A stretch of 57,595 nt of DNA from NCBI GenBank assembly GCA_032718475.1, contig JAUCBJ010008786.1:1-57595 (forward strand), written 5' to 3'. A program made the position numbers and the translations under genes. The notes under the pieces are model-generated. The model worked only from the letters and a program-made list of their open reading frames with translations. It searched no databases and had not been told where the DNA came from. The DNA is from Nemertoderma westbladi. Its lineage: Eukaryota > Animalia > Xenacoelomorpha. Below, piece after piece: positions 42,388 to 51,317 of this stretch; position 1 is the first letter of the stretch, and the number at the start of each line of letters is the position of its first letter.

Positions 42388-45300
42388 TTGGATAATGCCT
42401 GTAGCTCGTACCCCTGTCAAGTCAGGTACCCGGCTTGCCGGCTACCTCGACTCAAACCCACTCTCAATGGGGGACCTCAACCTCATCCACAAGCCGCAAG
42501 GCGATGCGGTTTAACTATCAGGCCGGCAACAGTTGCATTTACCAAGACAACTGGATTAACAATTATACAGAGCCTCCCAGCGCCAATCTACACTTCAGTG
42601 GCGACAGCAACAACTTCCATGCCAACATTATCCACTATCTCTACCTCCGTGGTGATGAGTTCGACCTCCACGCCAACCTCGTTTCTGATCTCCTCGCCTG
42701 GGGCGACGGAATCAACTTCCATGCCGACGTCAACTGCGATGTCTTCCTCTGGGGCGACGGTATCAACACCCACGCCGACTTCGACTGCGATCTCTTCCTC
42801 GGGGGCGATGGGGACGGGATCAACTTCCACGCCGTCTTTGACTGCGATCTCTTCCTCTGGGGCGACGGGATCAACTTACACGCCGACTTCGACTGCGATA
42901 TCTTCCTCTGGGGCGACGGGATCAACTTACACGCCGACTTCGATCGCGATCTCTTCCTCTGGGACGACGGGATCAACTTACACGCCGACTTCGACTGCTA
43001 TCTCTTTCTCTGGGGCAACGGGGACGGGATCAACTTCCACGCCGTCTTCGACTGCGATCTCTTCCTCTGGGGCGACGGGATCAACTTCCACGCCGACTTC
43101 GACTGTGATCTCTTCCTCTGGGGCGACGGGATCAACTTACACGCCGACTTCGACTGCTATCTCTTTCTCTGGGGCAACGGGGACGGGATCAACTTCCACG
43201 CCGTCTTCGACTGCGATCTCTTCCTCTGGGGCGACGGGATCAACTTACACGCCGACTTCGACTGCGATCTCTTCCTCGAGGGCGACGGGGACGGGATCAA
43301 CTTCCACGCCGACTTCGACTGCGATCTCTTCCTCTGGGGCGACGGGGTCAACTTACATGCCGACTTCGACTGCTATCTCTTTCTCTGGGGCGACGGGGAC
43401 GGGATCAACTTCCACGCCGACTTCTTCGACTGCGATCTCTTCCTCTGGGGCGACGGGATCAACTTCCACGCCGACTTCGACTGCGATCTCTTCCTCTGGG
43501 GCGACGGGGACGGGATCAAGTTCCACGCCAACTTCGACTGCGATCCCTTCCTCTGGGGCTACGGGATCAACTTCCACGCCGACTTCGACTGCGATCTCTT
43601 CCTCTGGGGCGACGGGGACGGGATCAAGTTCCACGCCAACTTCGACTGCGATCCCTTCCTCTGGGGCTACGGGATCAACTTCCGCGCCGACTTCAACTGC
43701 GATCTCTTCCTCTGGGGCGACGGGATCAACTTCCGCGTTGACTTCGACTGCGATCTCTTCCTCTGGGGTGACAGGATCAACTTCCGCGCCGACTTCAACT
43801 GCGATCTCTTCCTCTGGGGCGACGGGATCAACTTCCACGCCGACTTCGACTGCGATCTCTTCCTCTGGGGCGACGGGGACGGGATCAAGTTCCACGCCGA
43901 CTTCGACTGCGATCCCTTCCTCTGGGGCTACGGGATCAACTTCCGCGCCGACTTCAACTGCGATCTCTTCCTCTGGGGCGACGGGATCAACTTCCGCGTC
44001 GACTTTGACTGCGATCTCTTCCTCTGGACCAGGGTGGTCATCTGGATCGGAGGTGAGAACAATGAAAGAAATGGAATATCAAACAAATGCAATAATATCG
44101 CGGGTCACCGTCACCCCCGGTCAGGTAGGTTCGGGAAACCATACAGCCTATGACCTGGCCGGGTGGTGCCCGGGGGACGGAGATGTGACATCTGGTGGGA
44201 TGGGTTTACAAATGCGCAACCACACAACTAAAATGATTGCAGAAGACGTTTTAGAAAACAATCATAACTCTGGACCCATTGCAGATTTGAATACTGGCAT
44301 GACAGATAGATCACCCAACCATGAGAGTCAAATCAACCAGAAATCTGTGGGGTTTGTTATTAATTCTATGCCACTTGATACCGGTATATATCATTCTATA
44401 TCTGATACTGATGTGATTATGTCTTACTGTAGGTCTTCACGTACCAACACAGGTTCTATCAATACTTTTACCTCAACCCCACTACACACTTCCTTATTAG
44501 GCAGCCCCACAAGCTCTACCAACCACAGTCAATCACTACTACAAACTGAAACCATGACCACTAACACTTACAGCATCCCCATCCCCATATCTCACCATCC
44601 GAGCAGCGCACACGCAACAGTGACTGCAGCTTCCAGTAGTGCAATTGTTGCAACGTGCAACTCCCCATGTATTACCAACAACACAACCACCCCACCAGCT
44701 CCAATTTTAATTAACATTAACTCCACAAGCCCACCCTCATCATGCCAGCCTCAAATACAACATCCTGATCCTGTTACCAAGGAAATGTGGAATTACAGCA
44801 TGGAAATTGCAGGTGATCATGAAGCTCCTAAACAAAACAGACCAAGGACCAGAAGTCAAACTAACACGCCCTTCCCCTTCGAAGCTAACACAAGAAAAAT
44901 ACCTTCAACAAAAATCCACCCGAAAGCCAAAAAGGCTGCCAAACGAACCAACAGATTAGCCAAAGTTGTAGAACACCATGTGGGGTCTTCAGAGCTAAGC
45001 GAGCAACAAGCAATGTTAGCAGAGACCAGAAGGCAACCAATGCTTTCCACTGTTGTTGCCAGTGAACAACTAGCAGCAGGTTTCAACGAGGCTAGAGAGG
45101 GACCTGAGTTGCCCAGTAAGTTTCATGAGGGACCAGTTACATCCACAGAGGCTAGAAGCAAACGACCAGTATCTATTGCCAAGACCTGTGACACCGAAAT
45201 CAGTGAGCAACATGTTAAGTCTGCCAATGCCAGTAAGGAAGCCTTGGACGATGCTGACGCTGAGGTGTTGACTTTTCCGGATGTAATCGAATTAACACCT

Positions 45301-47898
45301 AAACCAACAAATAACAGTGTATATGAGGTCTACCCAGACAGTAGCCAGAAACTGTCAGAAAGGGACATTCCAGCAGAAATAAAGACATATATTATCAATC
45401 TTGACACTACTGAGCCTGGATATCCAGCACCTCTACAACAATCTCTGCGATGCTTGGAGGCCAATGAGATGCTGAACGATGACGTGGTGGATGGTTTTTT
45501 GGGTCTAGTCAGTAGACAGTTTCCCCATACTGCATCCATCCTATCTACCCTAACATCCAACTTAAGACGTCCTGCCTATGATCCCCTTAGCGCTGTAAAA
45601 TATGTGGCCCGACATTATATAGCACACCACAAAAACCTGCAGCCCATCACGTTATTCTTCCCTGAATGTGTTGGACACCATTTTGTCTTACATGTTGCAG
45701 ACACAAATTCACATACAGTCCAAATGTTGAACCCTAAAGGATCTACAATGCCTACCAAAACTACTTTTGCCATCGCCGATCTGCTCCATAACATTGATAT
45801 AAGTAGAAAGCTAAACCATGCTGGTGCCCCAGTTTCTACAAAGAAATGGACAGTTACATGCGGCTCTCTATCCTTTCCACAGCAACCTGATTATGACTAT
45901 GTCAACTGCGGTGTTTACCTATGTCTATATGCCCTGGCACTGGCCCAGGGTAGCTCAACGATATCTCCCATTTATGCAGATTGCACTGCATCAAGGATCT
46001 GGATTCGCAGCTGTCTTGAAAATTGCAAATTAGTGGACAATTCTTTAGTGATGTGTGACTTATCATTTCTCCCATCGAGTGCAAATACTTCGGATGACTT
46101 AGCTCACTCTGAGTCATTGATGAGTTCCTGCGCCCCCAACTCCAATAAAACAAATAACAGTGATAGCACTGGGGAAGAAAAGGACTCTCTAATAGATGAT
46201 CTAATAGGACTCAGCCGCAAACAATCCGTAGAACACTTTAGCAAATTAAATATGAAGGAAAAGCTTTCACTTCGTAACAAACTATTCTCAGAAGTACAGA
46301 AATTTATGACACCAATACAGGTTGTTAATTTGAAATTGCGACCACGTTCAGGACCCTCAGAAGTATGCAATGACATGCTCGAACTCCTGAAATGCTTTGG
46401 AAACAATAAACTTACTGATAGCTGCAGAAAAAGGCTACAAAAGGAAGTGTACAATCCCACACTTCAACCAACATTGGAATCCATGCGCCAAGATCTAATC
46501 AATGCCGTCTCCAGTCTACAATCTCGCATCTGCAACATAGAATATGAGAATATTAAATTTCGAGAGTTAAATAAACAACTACAACAAGACCTACAACACG
46601 AACATAGATCGCGCATTGCTTTAGAATCTGAGATCTATAACCTCAAATCAACATGCAATTTATTGATGACCAACTCCCCAAACATAACTCAATCTGCCAC
46701 CAGCCTGGATGAGTGGGAAATTGTTGACGAGTTGAAATCTGAAAGTCATATTACAGACCCTCATAATACCTCATATAATCATGCTGTGCCCAAAAACTCA
46801 GAATCCGCAGATTCATGGCATAATGTATCCAATAAAATGAACAAAAGACTCACCACCAAACGCGTTGTCCAGGCAAAAAGTGACAATATAACTCCAGCTC
46901 CTACATCTCATCTTAGCAGACCACCTAAGACGAACAGATACGAAACCCTTGCAGTTCAAACAGAGGATGAAATGGTCCAAATTCAAAAACAAACCTGTAC
47001 CACAATGGACAATGATGGCAACGAATTCAACGGCAATCTCTACACTCTCAAGCCCTTAGCAGTACAAGCAGCCAAGTATACACAACAAAAAGAGCAAAAC
47101 GAAATTGCCAACCCAAATAAAACAGACATCAGCACACAGGAAGGGTGGGGTAGTAACCTAAAAAGTGCAATAAGCACACATAAAGGGTGGGCTAACCTAA
47201 GAAGTGCAAGTTCGCCATCTCATGAAATCAGAACTTCCAACATTACCTTTCCAACAGTCTTTTTCCTCAACGGAATTCATAGAGAATGCACTGAAATGGA
47301 TGTAACTCAGTACCTGTCCTCTAGAAGTATAGAAATAAGTAAAATAACCACCAGAATATACAATAATGTAAAAAACATGAGGATAGTAACATCCAGCCAG
47401 GAAAAGTTTGACATGTTCAAAACCAATTTCTGGCCCTCAGGTCTACAATGTGTTAAATGGGCAGACAGACACTTGACATACGGTGAACCCAAACATACCA
47501 GCGATTTTTACCAATCCATTCCTGTATGGGATAGTCACATCCAATTCAACGCAGACAGACCAACTGAACAAGCACACTTATACACAGATAACTATAGAAT
47601 AAAGGATCAACGGCACAATGGAAACGTGGACTCTCAGGCATGGTGGAACAAGAAAAAACAACAACACTTCGGAAATTATAATGTACCACACACCAGTAAG
47701 CTCAAGCAACCAAACACAACTTGGGGTTTTAACAGAGACAGTTATTATGGGCAGACTGTTTCAAGATATCCAAGCAAACACAACAATCACCACAAGCACG
47801 ACAGCACATTGGAAATCACCAACTACAATGATTCAAACATGCACTATAATTCCCACTTAAACAAAACTAATCGACACAAGGTCTCACAGCGTGTTTGA
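42388..47898 (+). CDS. Retrotransposon ORF1: Ser/Thr repeat, Ulp1/C48-like protease, coiled coil, RRM-like domain
   Basis: 1836-codon open frame with first ATG at 42619, so the true start is uncertain. C48-like motifs lie at about 45436-46020. A coiled coil is at about 46474-46660, followed by an NRYETL motif. The RRM-like FFLNGIHRECTEMDVTQYL...FWPSGLQCVKW segment at about 47257-47460 is typical of LINE ORF1. Confidence 0.88.
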   Translation: MDNACSSYPCQVRYPACRLPRLKPTLNGGPQPHPQAARRCGLTIRPATVAFTKTTGLTIIQSLPAPIYTSVATATTSMPTLSTISTSVVMSSTSTPTSFLISSPGATESTSMPTSTAMSSSGATVSTPTPTSTAISSSGAMGTGSTSTPSLTAISSSGATGSTYTPTSTAISSSGATGSTYTPTSIAISSSGTTGSTYTPTSTAISFSGATGTGSTSTPSSTAISSSGATGSTSTPTSTVISSSGATGSTYTPTSTAISFSGATGTGSTSTPSSTAISSSGATGSTYTPTSTAISSSRATGTGSTSTPTSTAISSSGATGSTYMPTSTAISFSGATGTGSTSTPTSSTAISSSGATGSTSTPTSTAISSSGATGTGSSSTPTSTAIPSSGATGSTSTPTSTAISSSGATGTGSSSTPTSTAIPSSGATGSTSAPTSTAISSSGATGSTSALTSTAISSSGVTGSTSAPTSTAISSSGATGSTSTPTSTAISSSGATGTGSSSTPTSTAIPSSGATGSTSAPTSTAISSSGATGSTSASTLTAISSSGPGWSSGSEVRTMKEMEYQTNAIISRVTVTPGQVGSGNHTAYDLAGWCPGDGDVTSGGMGLQMRNHTTKMIAEDVLENNHNSGPIADLNTGMTDRSPNHESQINQKSVGFVINSMPLDTGIYHSISDTDVIMSYCRSSRTNTGSINTFTSTPLHTSLLGSPTSSTNHSQSLLQTETMTTNTYSIPIPISHHPSSAHATVTAASSSAIVATCNSPCITNNTTTPPAPILININSTSPPSSCQPQIQHPDPVTKEMWNYSMEIAGDHEAPKQNRPRTRSQTNTPFPFEANTRKIPSTKIHPKAKKAAKRTNRLAKVVEHHVGSSELSEQQAMLAETRRQPMLSTVVASEQLAAGFNEAREGPELPSKFHEGPVTSTEARSKRPVSIAKTCDTEISEQHVKSANASKEALDDADAEVLTFPDVIELTPKPTNNSVYEVYPDSSQKLSERDIPAEIKTYIINLDTTEPGYPAPLQQSLRCLEANEMLNDDVVDGFLGLVSRQFPHTASILSTLTSNLRRPAYDPLSAVKYVARHYIAHHKNLQPITLFFPECVGHHFVLHVADTNSHTVQMLNPKGSTMPTKTTFAIADLLHNIDISRKLNHAGAPVSTKKWTVTCGSLSFPQQPDYDYVNCGVYLCLYALALAQGSSTISPIYADCTASRIWIRSCLENCKLVDNSLVMCDLSFLPSSANTSDDLAHSESLMSSCAPNSNKTNNSDSTGEEKDSLIDDLIGLSRKQSVEHFSKLNMKEKLSLRNKLFSEVQKFMTPIQVVNLKLRPRSGPSEVCNDMLELLKCFGNNKLTDSCRKRLQKEVYNPTLQPTLESMRQDLINAVSSLQSRICNIEYENIKFRELNKQLQQDLQHEHRSRIALESEIYNLKSTCNLLMTNSPNITQSATSLDEWEIVDELKSESHITDPHNTSYNHAVPKNSESADSWHNVSNKMNKRLTTKRVVQAKSDNITPAPTSHLSRPPKTNRYETLAVQTEDEMVQIQKQTCTTMDNDGNEFNGNLYTLKPLAVQAAKYTQQKEQNEIANPNKTDISTQEGWGSNLKSAISTHKGWANLRSASSPSHEIRTSNITFPTVFFLNGIHRECTEMDVTQYLSSRSIEISKITTRIYNNVKNMRIVTSSQEKFDMFKTNFWPSGLQCVKWADRHLTYGEPKHTSDFYQSIPVWDSHIQFNADRPTEQAHLYTDNYRIKDQRHNGNVDSQAWWNKKKQQHFGNYNVPHTSKLKQPNTTWGFNRDSYYGQTVSRYPSKHNNHHKHDSTLEITNYNDSNMHYNSHLNKTNRHKVSQRV
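42660..44027 (+). repeat. Coding 51/57-bp minisatellite in ORF1 (GATGSTSTPTSTAISSS, about 25 units)
   Basis: Unit GGGGCGACGGGATCAACTTCCACGCCGACTTCGACTGCGATCTCTTCCTCT. All length variants are multiples of 3. Confidence 0.95.
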
Positions 47899-50800
47899 TG
47901 ACAGTGAGGGAGACACTGCAGTGGATAACAACCTCATAGGAACAAATCAGACAAAACACACTGGCAAGCAATGCGAATTGAGTTGTGCAACCATAAATTG
48001 TCGGGGCTTTAAAGGAAACTCTAACTATGTAGTAGAAAATATATATGGTCATGATATTATAGGCCTACAAGAACATTGGCTGGCAGATTATGAAGCAAGA
48101 GAGCTATTAGAAAAAGACTTAAATGATGAATTTATATGCAAATACCTTGTGAGCGACAAAATGGGTTCAACATCTGCAATCAGAGGATGCGGAGGAGTTG
48201 CCTTATTAGTACGGAAAAGTAAAATTGATAACTACAATGTTATGAAATCACATGACGATATTATTGGGATGGATATAACATTCAAAAACTGCGATGAATC
48301 TTTTCTCATTGTCACCGGGTATGCCCCAGATGCTGGTAAATCCACAGAATTATATCATGACTTTCTGAATAGACTCAGCGCACTAGCTTCATTGCATAAA
48401 GATGGTCCTACTATCATGCTTATGGACACAAATGGAGATATTGGTGCAACGCAAGGGGATCGCTATATGAGAATGGAGCCCTCTGCTCGGGGAAAAATTC
48501 TGCTCAGCTTCATGAATGAAAACAATTTGACAGCTATTGACACGTACTCCAAATTTTTTAGTGGTCCCACTGCCACCTTCTATGGTCATGGACACTCCTA
48601 CATCGACCACATTATCACCAACAAATCTGTTCTACCTCATCTATCAAGTGGGTATGTGGCCCAGTATGACCATGCACTCAATCACTCCGATCACGCTCCA
48701 GTATACTGCAGCATACAGTTACCCATCCCTCAACCACAAAATGAAACTAAATGTAGAAGCACACACACTCAACCAAGATACCAGTGGGCGAAAACCCCAA
48801 GCTCAAAACTAGATGAATATAATTCAATGGTTGCAAACGAACTCAATATTCTTGAACATGAATTTCCACAATCTCCGTCCTCATGGAGTTTTGACACAAT
48901 GGAAAATTATATGCTTGCTCTGACAAATATTCTGCAAGTAGCTGCATTAAAATGTATTAATCAAGTCAAAGTCCGCAGGAAAACCAAGAATATTCGGATA
49001 CGCAACAATAGACTTCATGAGTATTCACGAACTACCAAAAGGCTTCACAACGCATGGTCACATACTGTAAACAAAGACACGGAGTACGGAAACAAACTGC
49101 ACACTGCTTTTCGGGAGTCCAAAAAGGCAACCAGGAACCTACGTAATTTTCTAACAGCCAACAGATTACAGGACAAGGTTCGATTTTATTCTAACAAGAG
49201 AATTAAAGAGCCCAAACAATTCTGGCACTTTTTCTCAACCAAAAGAAGTGAACCACCAACCACCTCCTCCATCACCACACAGGAATCTATACGCAACTAC
49301 TATAAGGACAGTTTGGGAACCCCAGCAAAATTGGACACCGAGACTAAAGAAAATATTAAGGATCAAGTAAACAAAAGGTGCTTAAATACTCAAACACCGG
49401 TTATACCAGTTACATGGATCCAGAAAGCCATATTGTCTCTATCTCAAGGAAAGGCACCTGACCGCGAATCCCTAACCATAGAACATCTCACCCATACTGA
49501 CAGTGACACCATATGCGAGCATATAAGAAAAATTCTAGAATGCGCCTTAAATATTGGCCGGCTGCCAACTCAATTTGGCAACACAGCAGCCACTAGTATA
49601 TACAAAGGAAAAGGGAAGAACACAAATAACGGGAAATCATATCGGGTAATATGTTCAATAAGCATCTTTGGAAAAGTGTTTGAGGCCCTGGTGCTAAAAC
49701 ACTATTTAGCAGATCTCTTGCAGAATGAACACCAAGTTGCATATAAAAAGAGTATTGGCGCAGATTTTGTAGTTGGAACAATACTGGAAGCAATTGAGAA
49801 CCAACGTCAACATGGGAAGCAAGTGTATGTTTGTCAGATGGACATCCAGGCTGCTTTCGACAACGTGGATCTTTCACATCTGTTTAAGAAACTCTCGGCT
49901 GCTATAGATCCACACATCTGCCGCTTACTTCTCGACTACTATGCGATTGGGCGAATGTTCTTTCGTTTCGGTAACAGTATTGACAAAGTAGGATTTCTAG
50001 TCAAACGTGGCATAAAACAGGGATCACTAATCTCACCATACCTTTTCAATTTCTATACCGCTGACAGTACCGCTAGTCTGAAGAACAAGGGATTTGGCTG
50101 TATCAGTAATGGGATTTGGATAGGCTGCATAATCTATGCCGATGATATTATACTTTTAAGTACGAACCCAAATGATATAGAAACCATGGCTGAGGAAATT
50201 CAAAGCCATCTCAAATCCATTGGACTAGAAATCGAGCAGCAAAAGACCAGATGGATGGCCACTCAATCAAACACGTCCACGAACCTTACACCGACATTTC
50301 TAACTATTAATGACAACTTAGTTGCGGCATCAACATCACTAAAACTCCTAGGTTTCAAAGTTAATGCCACAAAAACAAATATATATAATGAGTGCATCAA
50401 ATCTATTACTGTGGCGAGTGAAACTTTCAAACGAACTGGGTGGACTGCAAAGCATGTTAAAGTCGACGACCTCGCAACCTTATGGAACTCGTATGCCAAA
50501 CCAGTTATACTCTATAATTTAATATTCCAGATGGGAGCCTTAACAGAGGAGGAAAGGGGAGCTGTAAATGTCCATTATAGGAAGAAACTACGCAGCCTCC
50601 TACATGTCGGTAGCTATGTAAGTAACTCTGTAATTCTAAAATTATTTAGGACAAACGACTTAGACATCGAATCCTTCCGTGCGGCCATTGGACTATTAAT
50701 TCGAATGCAGCACGCGCCCAACGGCATCCTACAACCAGTCCTACGGTGCAACTTGCAATTTAACTCTTCAGAACGGTCTCTACCAATCTATCAGGGCCTT

Positions 50801-51028
50801 GCCTCAACTTTTGCAAAATGCAAGAAGTATTTCCCCTGCCCTTCGCTACAATCAATGTTACTATATGACTACAACAAGAAATCAATATTAGAAAACATTT
50901 GTAATGGATCACTATCGGCTAAAGACGTGGCAAGCGAGAAGTACATACAGGGAATATACGACTTGGAAACAATTAACTTTAAAACAAAACACGATAAAAT
51001 TATTCAATACTTCGCCATTACCGCTTGA
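47891..51028 (+). CDS. Retrotransposon ORF2: apurinic-like endonuclease plus reverse transcriptase
   Basis: APE motifs ATINCRG, LQEHW, GYAP, MDTN, YIDHI and SDHAPV at about 47981-48720. RT motifs KAPD, SYRVI, DIQAAFDNV, GIKQGSLISPYLF, YADD (50135-50146) and LKLLG. Confidence 0.97.
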   Translation: MFDDSEGDTAVDNNLIGTNQTKHTGKQCELSCATINCRGFKGNSNYVVENIYGHDIIGLQEHWLADYEARELLEKDLNDEFICKYLVSDKMGSTSAIRGCGGVALLVRKSKIDNYNVMKSHDDIIGMDITFKNCDESFLIVTGYAPDAGKSTELYHDFLNRLSALASLHKDGPTIMLMDTNGDIGATQGDRYMRMEPSARGKILLSFMNENNLTAIDTYSKFFSGPTATFYGHGHSYIDHIITNKSVLPHLSSGYVAQYDHALNHSDHAPVYCSIQLPIPQPQNETKCRSTHTQPRYQWAKTPSSKLDEYNSMVANELNILEHEFPQSPSSWSFDTMENYMLALTNILQVAALKCINQVKVRRKTKNIRIRNNRLHEYSRTTKRLHNAWSHTVNKDTEYGNKLHTAFRESKKATRNLRNFLTANRLQDKVRFYSNKRIKEPKQFWHFFSTKRSEPPTTSSITTQESIRNYYKDSLGTPAKLDTETKENIKDQVNKRCLNTQTPVIPVTWIQKAILSLSQGKAPDRESLTIEHLTHTDSDTICEHIRKILECALNIGRLPTQFGNTAATSIYKGKGKNTNNGKSYRVICSISIFGKVFEALVLKHYLADLLQNEHQVAYKKSIGADFVVGTILEAIENQRQHGKQVYVCQMDIQAAFDNVDLSHLFKKLSAAIDPHICRLLLDYYAIGRMFFRFGNSIDKVGFLVKRGIKQGSLISPYLFNFYTADSTASLKNKGFGCISNGIWIGCIIYADDIILLSTNPNDIETMAEEIQSHLKSIGLEIEQQKTRWMATQSNTSTNLTPTFLTINDNLVAASTSLKLLGFKVNATKTNIYNECIKSITVASETFKRTGWTAKHVKVDDLATLWNSYAKPVILYNLIFQMGALTEEERGAVNVHYRKKLRSLLHVGSYVSNSVILKLFRTNDLDIESFRAAIGLLIRMQHAPNGILQPVLRCNLQFNSSERSLPIYQGLASTFAKCKKYFPCPSLQSMLLYDYNKKSILENICNGSLSAKDVASEKYIQGIYDLETINFKTKHDKIIQYFAITA

Positions 51029-51317
51029 TCCTTTTACCATTTAATGTATATTTAATTAATTTGAATTAATTTAATTAATGTGAAGTGTGGAAGGAATGTA
51101 ACTTGTCTCTCATCATTATTACATCTGTTGTAATTCTCCATTGTGTTTATGATGTATCTTACCTGACATGTTTCTATAACCTTGTTTCGTGAACTATGCC
51201 ACATTTGCAATCTACTTATATTACGCGTATCATCTGTTTTTATTCGTGCTGAGCACTTTTATTTCATAATGTCAACATATAATGTCAATTTTTATTTGAT
51301 TAAATACAAATGAATAA

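Larger units (their letters stand above)
42108..51317 (+). mobile_element. Apparently full-length APE-type non-LTR retrotransposon (RTEX/CR1-group-like, clade tentative)
   Basis: It interrupts one satellite unit, with AAGT at both junctions (42104-42107 and 51318-51321). It has a 5' UTR, two uninterrupted ORFs and an AT-rich 3' UTR ending TGAATAA, with no poly(A) tail. Confidence 0.95.

Noticed and set aside
42660-44027. Relationship between the 51-bp ORF1 repeat and the 51-bp host satellite
   Set aside because: Same length but no alignable sequence.
42435-44153. Overlapping 572-aa ORF (DFDCDLFLWGDGINFHA repeats) and antisense acidic ORFs
   Set aside because: Unit variants that are synonymous in the ORF1 frame are non-synonymous here. 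The open frame is a by-product of a stop-free 51-bp repeat, although the ATG at 42504 means translation is not excluded.
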